DNA of 61,459 nt, filler included, from Nitrospinae bacterium RIFCSPLOWO2_12_FULL_45_22 (GCA_001803565.1; 4 parts of 4 records of this genome joined end to end with filler, not necessarily neighbours in it); one strand, 5' to 3'; shown: positions 21,293-32,487, counted from the whole stretch's first letter. Numbers and translations: made by a program. Notes: generated by a model from the letters alone, not told the origin.

Positions 21293-22821
21293 TTGATATC
21301 TTTGAGGCGTTTTTGGAGGTCTTCCTGGGCCCATTCAGGGATCATCCTATAGTAGTCGTCGGGTTTTGCCTTACTGAGTCCTTTATGGTTGGCCTTTATC
21401 AATGATATCGTTTCTGGTCGGGAGCGATATAGACTAACCAGTCCTTCTTTTTCTAATCCCAGGAGGGCTGTTTTTAAGCGCTCCTCATCTTCTATACCCA
21501 GTCTATACTTGAGGTCTTCTTTATCAGTAAAGAGACCAGGATGAGCCAGGTAGTCTTCGGCCAATAATTCCAAAATTGCCCTGGGCAAATCGGCTTTAGT
21601 TTCTTTCCCGGGCATCATTGATTTCCTTTCCTGTCTGAGATCTCGATACCGGTTAAGGGCCTGCCGCCAGATAAGTAATCGCTGAATCTGGTTACTGCCA
21701 GCCGATATTTCTCTTACTTTGGCATCGCGGAATGCCCGCTCTACTGGGTAGTATTTGGTATAGCCATCACCACCATGTAATTGTACTGCATGATGGGCCA
21801 CCTTCATCATACATTCCGAGGCATAGAGCTTAGAGACCGAAGCCTCCAGCACCGGGTCTTCACCCTGGTCTATCAGATAAGCCGTGGAATAGATCATCGT
21901 TCGGGCCATAGTCCACATAGTTACCATATCCGCAATCATAAATTGTAGCCCTTGATTCTCATTAATAGGCCGGCCAAACTGGATACGGTGTGCGGTATAT
22001 TCCAGAGTAGACTCGATAGCCGTCCTGGTAGGGCCCATCTGGCCGGCTGCCCCAATAACCCGCTCGGCATTGAGGGCACCGGTCATGACTTTCCAGCCCT
22101 CACCTTCTTGGGCCAGGAGGTTTTCTTTAGGCACCCGGACATTATCGAAATTTAATACCCCATTCAACACACCATCTAATCCACATAGTTCGTGGACCTT
22201 CTCAATAGTAAATCCGGGGGTATCAGCCTCCACAATGAATCCGGACAAATGCTTATATTTAGCCTTAGCCTCGGGCGAGAGGTCAGTGCGGCAATACACA
22301 GTATATAGGTCAGCTACTCCGGCATTGGATATGAAACGCTTCTTCCCATTAAGAATGTAACAGTCACCATCTCGATGAGCGCTGAGCTCCATAGATGCAG
22401 CATCAGAACCACTCTGGGGCTCAGTAAGGCAAACCGCTCCCAGGATCTCTCCCCGGGTGAGTTTGGCCAGGTATTTTTCTTTTAAGTATTCTGAGCCGAA
22501 GTGGGTAAGGGGTGATCCCAGTCCATAAACGGTTGTCCCGTAAAAGGTGATCATACCAAAACCTATCCGACCCAATTCTTCATTCACAATACACTTACCT
22601 ACCGTACCATAGTCCTCTCCTGATCCCCCATATTTTTCCGGGAAGCCAATAGAAAATAGTCCTTTGTCAGCGACTTTCCTGGCTATCTTCCAGGGAAATT
22701 TGAGGCTCCTTTCATATTCTCTACTCAGTGGGAACAACTCTTCATCCACAAACTGCGCCAGGTCTTCTGCAAGCCGTTTCTGTTTCTCTGTCCACCAGGG
22801 GAACATCCGCGCACCATACAT
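21289..22821 (-). CDS. Acyl-CoA dehydrogenase with C-terminal extension
   Basis: CLTEPQSGSDA, LNGKKRFISNA, RIQFGRPI, QLHGGDG, RDAK..EI.AGSNQIQR; about 120 extra C-terminal residues. Confidence 0.92.
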   Translation of the reverse strand: MYGARMFPWWTEKQKRLAEDLAQFVDEELFPLSREYERSLKFPWKIARKVADKGLFSIGFPEKYGGSGEDYGTVGKCIVNEELGRIGFGMITFYGTTVYGLGSPLTHFGSEYLKEKYLAKLTRGEILGAVCLTEPQSGSDAASMELSAHRDGDCYILNGKKRFISNAGVADLYTVYCRTDLSPEAKAKYKHLSGFIVEADTPGFTIEKVHELCGLDGVLNGVLNFDNVRVPKENLLAQEGEGWKVMTGALNAERVIGAAGQMGPTRTAIESTLEYTAHRIQFGRPINENQGLQFMIADMVTMWTMARTMIYSTAYLIDQGEDPVLEASVSKLYASECMMKVAHHAVQLHGGDGYTKYYPVERAFRDAKVREISAGSNQIQRLLIWRQALNRYRDLRQERKSMMPGKETKADLPRAILELLAEDYLAHPGLFTDKEDLKYRLGIEDEERLKTALLGLEKEGLVSLYRSRPETISLIKANHKGLSKAKPDDYYRMIPEWAQEDLQKRLKDIK

Positions 22822-22909
22822 ATTGCCTTCCTCCTATCATGATATTTTTACGCCTTTTTCGGGGTTTTCGTTGGAGCCCATTATAGCAAAAATGCCCTAA
22901 ATGCAAAGA

Positions 22910-23104
22910 TAATTTAAGGGTATAGGAATTTTCATTTTTTTGACAGGATTTACAGGATGAAACAGGATAAAGACAAAAGTCTCTAACCCTGCGGACTGGA
23001 AGCCTGTCGGGCCTTTTGGCCCGGAAGGATAAAAAATTGTAAATCCTGTTAATCCTGTCTAAAAAGTCCAGCCGAAGGCGGTTAATTTAAGGGTATAGGA
23101 ATTT
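22910..23104. repeat. Palindromic element flanked by 22-bp direct repeats
   Basis: TAATTTAAGGGTATAGGAATTT at 22910 and 23083 encloses GACAGGATTTACAGGAT...ATCCTGTTAATCCTGTC. Confidence 0.75.
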
Positions 23105-23172
23105 AAGCAGTGAGGGGTTAAAAAAGAGAAATTAACTCTTGCTATTAGAAGATAGCTCTGGTAAAATAAATC

Positions 23173-23295
23173 GTAATAGTTCAGCCCCTATCGAAAATGA
23201 ATGTCATTCCGACCGAAGGGAGGAATCTTTATTTACCTCGGGTCTGGGAAAGATTTCTCGCTGTGCTCGAAATGACAAAGAAACTGAACTGTTAC
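23173..23295. mobile_element. MITE-type TIRs enclosing a GTCATT...AATGAC palindrome
   Basis: GTAATAGTTCAG...CTGAACTGTTAC; flanks AATAAATC/CATAAATT (6/8); cargo GTCATTCCGACCGAAGGGAGGAATCT...AGATTTCTCGCTGTGCTCGAAATGAC. Confidence 0.75.
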
Positions 23296-23837
23296 CATAA
23301 ATTTTCAATAAGCTCAAAGAGGTTCTTTACAACAAGCTCTTCCCTGAAGGTGGGATGAGGCTTTGGAATATCGGGGTATACATTCTAGAGAAGGTATGTT
23401 TTCTGCTGGGTAATCTTGCGGAAGGTAACAAAAGGGTGGTTTAAGAGAGGGAAAATTATAAAGAATCATCTTTCTTTACGGGAAGAAAGAAGAGGCAGTT
23501 TATAAATAGACGGACCAGCAATTAAAAAAGACAGAATAGGATCAGCACTAAATCTCACTGAGGCATTACCCCATGAGGAGAAAGATTCTCAAGTGGATGT
23601 GAAGCGATCTATAATAACTCTTAATAAAAAGTTGATTAACCAAGGGTTATTTTCGTTACTGATGAGGAGAAAGTGGATTATCCTGGAGTGAATGCCTGGT
23701 TAGTTTCTGTCTTTTCCCCCCTAAATTTCTCTCTTAGGCCATAAGGCCATGATACCCATCCGATAAAGATCCTTCTCTATCCCTAACTTCCGTGAGGCAA
23801 AGTAAAACCCTGTTTACTGAAGGCTTGAAGAGGGTTA

Positions 23838-24452
23838 GTGACGGTGAGTAGTGTTCAGGTAAGGGAAACAGATATAGAATCTATTAAAGCCCGGATAAGA
23901 GAGGCTATCTTAGCCAAGCGGAACTCTCAGTCCTTCTCTGAATGTTTGGGGAAGAGCCATAAGATCAAAGAGAAACTATTTAGCTTGCCCGAGTTTAAAG
24001 AGAGCAGCAGGGTAGTATTTTATCTGGCCTTGCCCCAAGAGGTACAGACTAAAGATATGGCGAGAGAAGCGATAGGATTAGGTAAGAAGGTTATCTTGCC
24101 CCGTGTAGCTTCAACCGGTGATACCCTTGTGCTCTCTGAAGTTAGGGATATAGAGAGGGAGTTAGAGCCGGGTATGTTCGGCATATTAGAGCCAAAGGAG
24201 GGGTTTTATCGGCCCGTTACTCTGGCTGAAGCCGAGCTAATTATATTGCCTGGTATCGCCTTTGACCTTCAGGGCCATCGGATAGGTTTTGGCAAGGGTT
24301 TTTATGACAAATTATTAAGCCAGGCCAATGCCCCCATTTTTACTTTTGGGCTAGCCTTTGAGTTTCAACTTGTACCAGAGATACCTGTGGTGGGGCATGA
24401 TGTAAAGATGTGTAAGATTATTACAGAAAAAAGGATTATCTCCTGCGATTAG
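23838..24452 (+). CDS. 5-formyltetrahydrofolate cyclo-ligase
   Basis: FGILEP, PGIAFD..GHRIGFGKGFYD, HDV motifs. Confidence 0.92.
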   Translation: MTVSSVQVRETDIESIKARIREAILAKRNSQSFSECLGKSHKIKEKLFSLPEFKESSRVVFYLALPQEVQTKDMAREAIGLGKKVILPRVASTGDTLVLSEVRDIERELEPGMFGILEPKEGFYRPVTLAEAELIILPGIAFDLQGHRIGFGKGFYDKLLSQANAPIFTFGLAFEFQLVPEIPVVGHDVKMCKIITEKRIISCD

Positions 24453-24462
24453 AATATTCATA

Positions 24463-24606
24463 ACCGCAGAGACGCGAAGGGCGCAAAGAAGATAATGGGT
24501 TATTGGGTCATTAGGTCATTGGGTGACTACGTTATTGCGCCATTACTTAATAACCTAATAACCCAATAACGTAATGACCTATTGGCGGTCTTTGCGCCTT
24601 TGCGGT
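24463..24606. repeat. Two-layer palindromic element
   Basis: Outer ACCGCAGAGACGCGAAG/CTTTGCGCCTTTGCGGT; inner 9-mer arrays (GGGTTATTG-like / AATAACCYA-like). Confidence 0.7.
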
Positions 24607-24659
24607 GCATAATTTAGTCTAATACTAATGACTAGACATATAGGAGGTGAAACCTAAAA

Positions 24660-26228
24660 GTGGAAACCACTATGATCATTACCATAATTATAGCAACAAT
24701 TTCTTTGCTTATAGGGGCAGTTTTTGGCTCTTGGGCAGGGAAGAAACTTATGGGAAAAAAGATGGGTAGAGTAGCGGATATTGCCCGCGAGACTATTGAG
24801 AAGGCCAAGAAGGAGGCCGAGACTAAGCGGAAGGAGCTGGCATTAGAGGCTAAAGAGAAATGGTATAAAGCCAAGACCGATTTCGAGGAAGAAACCAGAG
24901 AAAAACGACAGGAAGTGCAGAAGCTAGAAAAGAGATTAGCCCAAAAAGAAGAGAATATTGAGAGGAGGATGGGCTTCCTGGAGGCAAAAGAACGGGAAGT
25001 CCTTGGGAAGGAAAAGAAGCTCATGGGGCAGGTGGAGGAGCTAAATGCCAAAAAAACAAGAGTTGACCAGCTTATAGATGAAGAACTGAAAAAGCTGGAG
25101 GCTATTGCGGGGTTAAGTGCGGCGGAGGCTAAAGAGGAATTAAAACAAAAACTAAAAGGTGAGGCCAGAATAGAAGCAGCTAATATAGTAAAAAAGATCA
25201 CAGAAGAAGCTAAAAGTGATGCCGAGAGCAAGGCCAAGGAGATATTAAGCCTGGCTATTCAACGCTGTGCGGCTGATCATATCACCGAGAGCGCTGTTAC
25301 CGTTGTAGATCTACCTAGTGACGATATGAAGGGCAGGATTATTGGCCGCGAGGGCCGCAATATCAGGGCCTTAGAAATGGCTACCGGGATTGATTTGGTT
25401 ATTGACGATACTCCAGAAGCCATTGTCCTTTCCGGCTTTGATCCCATAAGGCGGGAGATAGCCCGTATATCATTAGAGCGATTGATGGCCGATGGGAGGA
25501 TACATCCCGGAAGGATTGAAGAAGTGGTAACCAAAGTAAAGAAGGATATGATCAATATTATAAAGGCTGAGGGGGAACAAGCTGCCCTGGAAGTGGCGGT
25601 AGATGGCCTGCATCCCGAAGAGATCAAGCTCTTAGGTAAATTACGATACCGTACCAGTTATTCCCAAAATGTCTTGCAACATTCTAAAGAAGTGGCTAAT
25701 CTTTGTGGGATAATAGCCGCAGAACTGGGGGCAGATATTAAGCTTGCTAAGCGGGCCGGACTGTTGCATGATATTGGTAAAGCCGTTGATCATCAAACCG
25801 AAGGGACTCATACGCAGATAGGGATGGAGCTGGCCGCAAAATATAATGAACCCAAGATAATAGTTGATGCTATAGCCGCTCATCATGAAGATGTAGAAGC
25901 TACCTCTATAGAAGCAGTAATCCTTCAAGCAGCCGATGCCTTATCCGCGGCCCGGCCTGGTGCCCGGCGCGAGATGGTAGAGACCTATATAAAGCGATTG
26001 GAAAAACTGGAAAATATAGCCGATTCTTTCAATGGTGTAGAGAAGGCATTCGCTATTCGAGCAGGCCGGGAGATCAGGATTATTGTCCAACCAGAGAGGA
26101 TAGGCGATGCCCAGATAGTCTACCTTTCCCAGGATATCGCGAAGAAGATTGAGGAAGAATTAACCTATCCCGGTGAGATTAAAGTTACCGTTATTAGAGA
26201 AACCCGATCTATCGAGTATGCCAGATAA
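24660..26228 (+). CDS. rny: Ribonuclease Y
   Basis: N-terminal TM, coiled coil, KH ([12 protein letters not shown]) and HD (LLHDIGK) domains. Confidence 0.97.
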   Translation: METTMIITIIIATISLLIGAVFGSWAGKKLMGKKMGRVADIARETIEKAKKEAETKRKELALEAKEKWYKAKTDFEEETREKRQEVQKLEKRLAQKEENIERRMGFLEAKEREVLGKEKKLMGQVEELNAKKTRVDQLIDEELKKLEAIAGLSAAEAKEELKQKLKGEARIEAANIVKKITEEAKSDAESKAKEILSLAIQRCAADHITESAVTVVDLPSDDMKGRIIGREGRNIRALEMATGIDLVIDDTPEAIVLSGFDPIRREIARISLERLMADGRIHPGRIEEVVTKVKKDMINIIKAEGEQAALEVAVDGLHPEEIKLLGKLRYRTSYSQNVLQHSKEVANLCGIIAAELGADIKLAKRAGLLHDIGKAVDHQTEGTHTQIGMELAAKYNEPKIIVDAIAAHHEDVEATSIEAVILQAADALSAARPGARREMVETYIKRLEKLENIADSFNGVEKAFAIRAGREIRIIVQPERIGDAQIVYLSQDIAKKIEEELTYPGEIKVTVIRETRSIEYAR

Positions 26229-27030
26229 GGTGGAGAGGTTACGGGTCTTATTTGTGGGTGATATTGTGGGCCGGGTGGGCCGGAGGATGATCAAGGAAAA
26301 CCTCCCCTCAATTATTTCTGAGTACCAGATAGATTTTTGCCTGGCGAATGGCGAGAATGCCGCAGGCGGCCTGGGCATAACCCCTGAGATTGGCCAACAA
26401 CTCTTAGCCACTGGTATCCATGTCCTTACTTCTGGTAATCATATCTGGAGCAAGAAAGAGGTAATGGAGTATATCGCCCGCGAGCACCGCCTCTTAAGAC
26501 CCGCTAATTACCCACCGGAGGCGCCAGGAAGCGGTAGTATACTTACTGTCACACCCGGGGGTACCAAAATTGCCGTCATAAACCTCCTGGGCCGAATCTT
26601 TATAGACTATCTGGATTGCCCATTTAAGGCCGTGGAGCGAGAGATTGCCAGGGTAAAAGAGGAGACCCGGGTTATTATTGTTGATATGCATGCCGAGGCT
26701 ACCTCAGAGAAAAGCGCTATGGGTTGGTATCTGGATGGGAGAGTAAGCGCCATGATAGGGACTCATACCCATATCCAAACCGCGGATGAAAAGATCCTTC
26801 CCCGGGGCACAGCTTTTATTAGCGATGCAGGGATGACCGGGCCAGCGGAGTCGGTCATAGGCATGGAGCGGGATATGGCTATTCATGGCTTAATTAGCCG
26901 GATACCTAAAAAGGTTGAGCCTGCTACAGGCCCCGGGCAGTTAGAAGCAGTCATAATTGATATAGACCCCTTGCCCGGGAAAGCCCTGAGTATACAACGA
27001 TTACAGATCAAGGAAAGGAAACAAGATTAA
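26218..27030 (+). CDS. YmdB-like (TIGR00282) metallophosphoesterase
   Basis: [37 protein letters not shown]. Confidence 0.93.
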   Translation: MPDKVERLRVLFVGDIVGRVGRRMIKENLPSIISEYQIDFCLANGENAAGGLGITPEIGQQLLATGIHVLTSGNHIWSKKEVMEYIAREHRLLRPANYPPEAPGSGSILTVTPGGTKIAVINLLGRIFIDYLDCPFKAVEREIARVKEETRVIIVDMHAEATSEKSAMGWYLDGRVSAMIGTHTHIQTADEKILPRGTAFISDAGMTGPAESVIGMERDMAIHGLISRIPKKVEPATGPGQLEAVIIDIDPLPGKALSIQRLQIKERKQD

Positions 27031-27336
27031 ATGAAAGAGCTAACCCTGGCCCAGGTCAGCCCGGCCTCGTCCATCTTGGTTAATTTTATACCGTTGATAC
27101 TGATTGTCCTTATCTTTTATCTGCTGGTCTTTTTACCTCAGATAAAGAAGCAAAAGCGCCATAGGGAAATGATGAACAGCCTAAAGAAAGGGGATAAAGT
27201 AATTACTACAGGTGGCATTCATGGGATAGTATCTAAAGTAAAGGATGATATAGCAGTTCTCCAAATAGCGGAGAATGTGAGGATCGAGGTATCTAAGAGC
27301 GCTATTGCTCAAAGAACGGGAGGGAGTAGCGAATGA
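27031..27336 (+). CDS. yajC: Preprotein translocase subunit YajC
   Basis: Single TM segment, LKKGDKVITTGGIHG. Confidence 0.95.
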   Translation: MKELTLAQVSPASSILVNFIPLILIVLIFYLLVFLPQIKKQKRHREMMNSLKKGDKVITTGGIHGIVSKVKDDIAVLQIAENVRIEVSKSAIAQRTGGSSE

Positions 27337-28883
27337 AAAAAGATATAATCCGCTGGAAGATCCCATTAATAATCCTGATAGTTGGCGCCGCCCTATTCTA
27401 TTCCTTCCCACTGAAAGATAAAATCAAATTAGGTTTGGATTTACGTGGGGGGGTACATTTGGCTCTAGAAGTAGAAGCAGATAAGGCAGTAAGTAGTGCG
27501 GTAAAAAAATATGCCTCAGAAATAAGGGAGCTTATGAATAAGAAAGAGATTGATTACGATTCAGTAGCTAGCAGAGATAGTACCTTAATAATTAAGCTCT
27601 TTGATGACAAGGCTTTATCCGCTGCGAAAGATATCATGGCTGAATACGCTATCTTTCAGGCGCAGGGTTGGAACAAAGATACCCGGGAGCTAGCGTTTAG
27701 CTTAAAAGAAGCGGCTATAACCGAAATAGAAGGAAATGCCATAGACCAGGCCCTGGAGACCATACGCAGCCGCATAGACCAGTTTGGAGTAGCAGAACCC
27801 TCCATCCAGCGGGAAGGCAATAACCGGATCATTGTCCAACTCCCAGGCATAGAGGATCCTGAAAGGGCCATGAAACTCATTGGTAAAACCGCCCTGCTGG
27901 AGTTCAAATTGGTGGATGAAGAACATAACATACAGGAGGCACGGGAAGGAAAGATACCCCCGGGCAGTGAAATCCTTTACGAAAAAAAGGTAGATAAAGA
28001 GACGGGCGAGATTACCAAAACTCCTTATCTGTTGAAAAAAGAGGCCCTCCTTACCGGTGATTTTCTTACCGATGCCCATATAAGTATTGACACCCAGTAT
28101 AACGAACCTTATGTCTCGATTAGTTTTAATAAGGCGGGCAGTAAGATATTTGCCCGCATTACGGAGCAGAATGTAGGTAAGAGACTGGCCATCATCCTGG
28201 ACAATAATGTCTATTCTGACCCGGTCATAAGGGAAAAGATCCCTAGCGGAAAGGCCCAGATAACTGGTAATTTTACCGAGGAAGAAGCCCGTGATCTGGC
28301 TATTGTATTGCGGGCCGGGGCACTACCCGCACCGATAAAAGTTCAGGAAAACCGCACCGTCGGCCCTTCCCTCGGCCAGGACTCGATTAGCAAAGGATTT
28401 AAATCAGTAATTATTGGAGGCTTATTGGTCGTTGTTTTTATGGTAGTCTATTATCGGGTCTCGGGATTAGTAGCCAATATAGCCTTACTCTTAAACATCA
28501 TCCTGCTCGGTGGGGTGCTGGCTTATTTCCGGGCTACCTTGACCCTGCCTGGCATTGCGGGTATTATCCTGACTATAGGCATGGCGGTAGATGCCAATAT
28601 CTTGATCTTTGAAAGGATAAGGGAAGAATTGAGGCAAGGCAGGCCGGCGCGGGTAGCAATAGAGAACGGGTTTGCCAAGGCATTTTTGACCATTTTGGAT
28701 GCTAACCTGACTACTATCATTGCTGCGATAATCCTTTTTCAATACGGTACTGGGCCGGTAAAGGGTTTTGCCATCACCTTAACCATTGGTATCCTGGCCA
28801 GCATGTTTACTGCTATCTTTGTCTGTCGGGTAATATTCGACCTACGCCTGGCCAGAAAAGGGATGAAAAAACTGAGTATTTGA
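27333..28883 (+). CDS. secD: Protein translocase subunit SecD
   Basis: LGLDLRGG, RIDQFGVAEP, LRAGALPAP, GMAVDANILIFERIREE. Confidence 0.97.
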   Translation: MKKDIIRWKIPLIILIVGAALFYSFPLKDKIKLGLDLRGGVHLALEVEADKAVSSAVKKYASEIRELMNKKEIDYDSVASRDSTLIIKLFDDKALSAAKDIMAEYAIFQAQGWNKDTRELAFSLKEAAITEIEGNAIDQALETIRSRIDQFGVAEPSIQREGNNRIIVQLPGIEDPERAMKLIGKTALLEFKLVDEEHNIQEAREGKIPPGSEILYEKKVDKETGEITKTPYLLKKEALLTGDFLTDAHISIDTQYNEPYVSISFNKAGSKIFARITEQNVGKRLAIILDNNVYSDPVIREKIPSGKAQITGNFTEEEARDLAIVLRAGALPAPIKVQENRTVGPSLGQDSISKGFKSVIIGGLLVVVFMVVYYRVSGLVANIALLLNIILLGGVLAYFRATLTLPGIAGIILTIGMAVDANILIFERIREELRQGRPARVAIENGFAKAFLTILDANLTTIIAAIILFQYGTGPVKGFAITLTIGILASMFTAIFVCRVIFDLRLARKGMKKLSI

Positions 28884-28919
28884 AGCTGGTATATCGTTCA
28901 GAAATTAACGTTGCAGTGT

Positions 28920-28995
28920 TGTCATTTCGAGCGAAGCGAGAAATCTTTTTAAAACCAAAGGGTTATTAAGATCTCTCCCTTCGGTCGAGATGACA
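28920..28995. repeat. GTCATT...ATGAC palindromic repeat
   Basis: TGTCATTTCGAGCGAAGCGAGAAATCT...AGATCTCTCCCTTCGGTCGAGATGACA; same family as the cargo at about 23203 and 35901. Confidence 0.75.
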
Positions 28996-29101
28996 TGCTA
29001 ATTAAGAAACGCTCTACTAGTGTGACGTTTCATTAAAATGTTTGCAATGCGTAACCAAGTCTTTGCCACGAAGTCACAAAGACACAAAATTTCTAATTCA
29101 T

Positions 29102-29201
29102 NNNNNNNNNNNNNNNNNNNNNNNNNNNNNNNNNNNNNNNNNNNNTTAATTAATTAANNNNNNNNNNNNNNNNNNNNNNNNNNNNNNNNNNNNNNNNNNN
29201 N
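29102..29201. other. Artificial contig linker
   Basis: N-run + TTAATTAATTAA + N-run (stops in all six frames). Confidence 0.95.
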
Positions 29202-29246
29202 AGTGTATGCCAGAGGTGATGAAGGGATAGGGAAGATAAGGGAGAT

Positions 29247-29378
29247 AGGGTTCAGGAAAAGACTTTAAATTTTGTATAGTTATCGCTAGTTGTAAATAGC
29301 GCGAAGGTTTAATAGCCCGTAGAGGTATTTGGGGAAGAGCCTCCTGACAACTAATCCCTGACCCCGGTGAACTGTTAC
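29247..29378. mobile_element. MITE copy 3, left end missing
   Basis: Body closely similar to the 582-740 copy, ends GTGAACTGTTAC. Confidence 0.85.
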
Positions 29379-29556
29379 ATGATGCCAACATTTTTTCAGA
29401 AATTGAAACCAATGTGGTATAATACGCTCCTAAGCTAAGAAAGGTGAGCCTTTTTGGCAGAGTAAGGCTCTGCTGCTACAATTAATAATAGATTTCTGAG
29501 AGAAAATAGCCACACCCAAGTCAATTTGATTGAAGGCTAAGGGAAAGGGGTAAAGG

Positions 29557-30669
29557 ATGAAGGCATTGGTTATCGGCGGGACAGGACCTACAGGACCATA
29601 TCTAGTCGAGGGATTAATTAAAAGGGGATATGATGTAACTATTTTCCATCGCGGTACTCATGAGATAGATCTACCTGAAGGGGTAGGGCATATCCACGGT
29701 GACCCGCATTTCCTGGAGACAATAGGAGAAGCTTTAGGCGAGCGGCAATTTGATCTGGTAATAGCTACCTATGGGCGGTTACGTTATATAGCTGAATTCA
29801 TGAGATTCCGTACCCAAAGGTTTATTGGCATTGGTGGGGTAGGCTTATATAAAGGATATATGGATCCCAACCATAACCCCCCTGGGGGGCTGAAAATTCC
29901 GACCTCTGAGGATGACCCCCTGGTTACTGACCCTGAGCTTATGCATTTTTCTTATCTGATGTATGTAAGCGAACAAGCAGTTATGCAAGCTCATAATGAA
30001 GGTTGCTACAATGCCACCATATTTCGTTATCCGGCGGTCTATGGGCCAAGGCAAATAATACCTATAGAATGGAGTATTATTAGACGAATTATAGATGGTC
30101 GAAAACATATCATTATTCCAGATGGGGGCTTAACTATTGATACTAGAGGATATGCAGAGAATATGGCTCATGCAGTCCTGCTGGCTGTAGATAAGCCTGA
30201 GAAGGCCTCGGGCCAGATATATAATAGCGGTGATGAAGAGCTCTTTAGCCTTTATGAATGGATAATGCTGATTACCGAGATAATGGGCCATGAATGGGAG
30301 ATAGTAAATATGCCCAGGGAAATTGCCTTGCCCTGCCAACATTTCCTGGGTCTTAGCTGCTCAACTCTGCATAAGGTCTTTGATATTACCAAAATAAAGA
30401 AAGAGCTTGGATACAAAGACCTGGTCCCTCCCAAGGAGGCATTAAGACAAACGGTAACGTGGTATTTAGAGAACAAGCCTGAGCCCGGAGGAGAGATAGA
30501 AAAAAGACTCAGGGACCCATTCGCTTATCAGGCTGAAGACCAGATTATTAAGGCATATAGAGAAGCCACCGACCGAATTTTACAGATCCCTTATCGGGTT
30601 GAGAATCCATATCATCCTTATGCCCATCCTAAAGAATCAAAGAGGGCAAGGGACCATCGTGAGAGATAA
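29557..30669 (+). CDS. NAD-dependent epimerase/dehydratase family protein
   Basis: GGTGPTG Rossmann motif, RYPAVYGP. Confidence 0.85.
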   Translation: MKALVIGGTGPTGPYLVEGLIKRGYDVTIFHRGTHEIDLPEGVGHIHGDPHFLETIGEALGERQFDLVIATYGRLRYIAEFMRFRTQRFIGIGGVGLYKGYMDPNHNPPGGLKIPTSEDDPLVTDPELMHFSYLMYVSEQAVMQAHNEGCYNATIFRYPAVYGPRQIIPIEWSIIRRIIDGRKHIIIPDGGLTIDTRGYAENMAHAVLLAVDKPEKASGQIYNSGDEELFSLYEWIMLITEIMGHEWEIVNMPREIALPCQHFLGLSCSTLHKVFDITKIKKELGYKDLVPPKEALRQTVTWYLENKPEPGGEIEKRLRDPFAYQAEDQIIKAYREATDRILQIPYRVENPYHPYAHPKESKRARDHRER

Positions 30670-30681
30670 TTAATAAAGGAA

Positions 30682-31770
30682 TTATTTCCTGATTACATGG
30701 ATGGCAGTGGCCTTGAAGGAGGCTACGACTTCTCGCCCGATATCTAGATGGAGGATTCCCAGGGATTTTTTAGTAATATAAGCAACCAGGGGGAAGCCAC
30801 AGTCCAGGGTAACCTTACAGTAGGGGCCTATAAAGCCTATCTGGATAACCCTTCCTGGGAAGGTATTCCTGGCACTGGATGGCAAGGAGGCAAGGCCGCT
30901 TCCCAATAGCGTTACCTCTTCTGGCCGGATGCACAAGAATACCTCATCTCCTACCTGGGCTTCCCCTGCTACCTCAATCTTCTTCCCCTGTACATCTACC
31001 AAAAAGGTCTCATGATTAAAGACCATGACCCGCCCAGGGAGGATGCTCTCTATGCCAATGAAATTAGCCACCACTTCGTCTGCCGGATAGTTTATGACCC
31101 GTTCGGGTGAGCCTATCTGGATGATCCTCCCCTGGTGCATGACCCCTATCCTATGGGCTAGTTGTAGGGCCTCTGAACGGTCATGAGTCACAAAGACAGT
31201 GGTAATTTTAGTCTCGTGAACGATCCTCTCCATATCCCGGATAAGCCTCTCGCGGGTAGGTGGGTCCAGGCTAGCAAAGGGCTCATCCATAAATAGGATA
31301 TTGGGATTCAGGACCAGGGCCCGGGTGAGAGTCACTCGTTGGGCCTCCCCGCCAGAAAGGGTTCGGGCAGCCCTTTTTGCCAGGTGGGCAATACCAAATT
31401 GATCCAGCCAGGTGAATACCCTCTGTTTCAGCTCACGCCCCCTGATCCCCCTTACTCTCAGGCCAGAGGCTACATTCTCATAGACACTGGTATCAAAAAG
31501 CAGGGGTTCTTGGAAGACTACGGCAAATCGCCTCCTGAGGTTTATCAGACCCTTCCCATAACTTATGGATTTTCCCTCAAATTTGATCTCCCCAGCAGAA
31601 GGGGTATAGAGCAGGGCCAGGGTAAGCAGAAGGGTAGTCTTGCCAGCACCGTTGGGGCCAACAAGGGCCAGGACCTCTTTATCCTCTACCCGTAAGTGCG
31701 GTATATCCAGGATCAAGGAATTGTCCCGTCTAACTTCGAGAGCTTTAGCCTCTAAAATGGGCTCGGCCAT
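30682..31770 (-). CDS. tupC: Tungstate ABC transporter ATP-binding protein with TOBE domains
   Basis: GPNGAGKT, LSGGEAQR, DEPF, C-terminal SSARN/FKATAI TOBE. Confidence 0.85.
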   Translation of the reverse strand: MAEPILEAKALEVRRDNSLILDIPHLRVEDKEVLALVGPNGAGKTTLLLTLALLYTPSAGEIKFEGKSISYGKGLINLRRRFAVVFQEPLLFDTSVYENVASGLRVRGIRGRELKQRVFTWLDQFGIAHLAKRAARTLSGGEAQRVTLTRALVLNPNILFMDEPFASLDPPTRERLIRDMERIVHETKITTVFVTHDRSEALQLAHRIGVMHQGRIIQIGSPERVINYPADEVVANFIGIESILPGRVMVFNHETFLVDVQGKKIEVAGEAQVGDEVFLCIRPEEVTLLGSGLASLPSSARNTFPGRVIQIGFIGPYCKVTLDCGFPLVAYITKKSLGILHLDIGREVVASFKATAIHVIRK

Positions 31771-32464
31771 AAAATGCTTCTCTTTGCTGGATAATGGTTA
31801 AGGTGAAATTTATGCTATAGGCCAAGAGGAGCAGGAGGAGACCCAGGGCAATAGCGGTGTCAAAATTACCCTTACTCGTCTCCATCACTGTGGCGGTGGT
31901 AAGGACCCTGGTATGTCCTAATATATTACCACCCACCATAATCGAGGCGCCTATTTCAGATATTACCCCGCCAAACCCAGCCATCATTGCGGCTAAAAGG
32001 GGTAATCGGGCCTCTCGCAAGAGAAACCATCCCATCTGGAGTCTGCTTGCTCCCAGGGCCTTGATCTGTAAGAGGAGTTTGGGGTCCAGTTGCTGTATGG
32101 CAGCCAGAGAAAGCCCGGTTATAATAGGGGCGGCTATAATGGTCTGGGCAATAACCATAGCTGATGGGGTATAGAGAAGGTGAAGAACTGCCAGGGGCCC
32201 ACCCCGCCAGAGCATGATAGTCACAAAAAGGCCCACTACCACCGGTGGTAAACCCATGCTGGTGTTTACCAGGCTTATGATTATACCCCGGCCGGGGAAG
32301 CGGGAAAGGGCCAAAACAGTCCCCAGCGGTATACCCAGCGCCAGGCTGATAAAGGTTGCCAAGCCGGAGACCTTCAAAGAGAGCAGGGTTATTCTCATTA
32401 CCTCGTTGTCCATATGTATTAGTAGCCAAAAGGCCTTTTTTATCCCTTCCAGGATCAGGTCCAT
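31745..32464 (-). CDS. tupB: Tungstate ABC transporter permease
   Basis: GLPPVVVGL, SEIGASIMVGGNI, TRVLTTA motifs. Confidence 0.9.
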   Translation of the reverse strand: MDLILEGIKKAFWLLIHMDNEVMRITLLSLKVSGLATFISLALGIPLGTVLALSRFPGRGIIISLVNTSMGLPPVVVGLFVTIMLWRGGPLAVLHLLYTPSAMVIAQTIIAAPIITGLSLAAIQQLDPKLLLQIKALGASRLQMGWFLLREARLPLLAAMMAGFGGVISEIGASIMVGGNILGHTRVLTTATVMETSKGNFDTAIALGLLLLLLAYSINFTLTIIQQREAFYGRAHFRG

Positions 32465-32487
32465 GTCTTCTGAATTCCTCCTTTTTA

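Noticed and set aside
23300-23837. Expected 6S RNA (ssrS) or zapA upstream of the 5-formyl-THF cyclo-ligase
   Set aside because: The position is suggestive, but I could not identify the 6S long hairpin or a ZapA ORF by eye. An Rfam search is needed.
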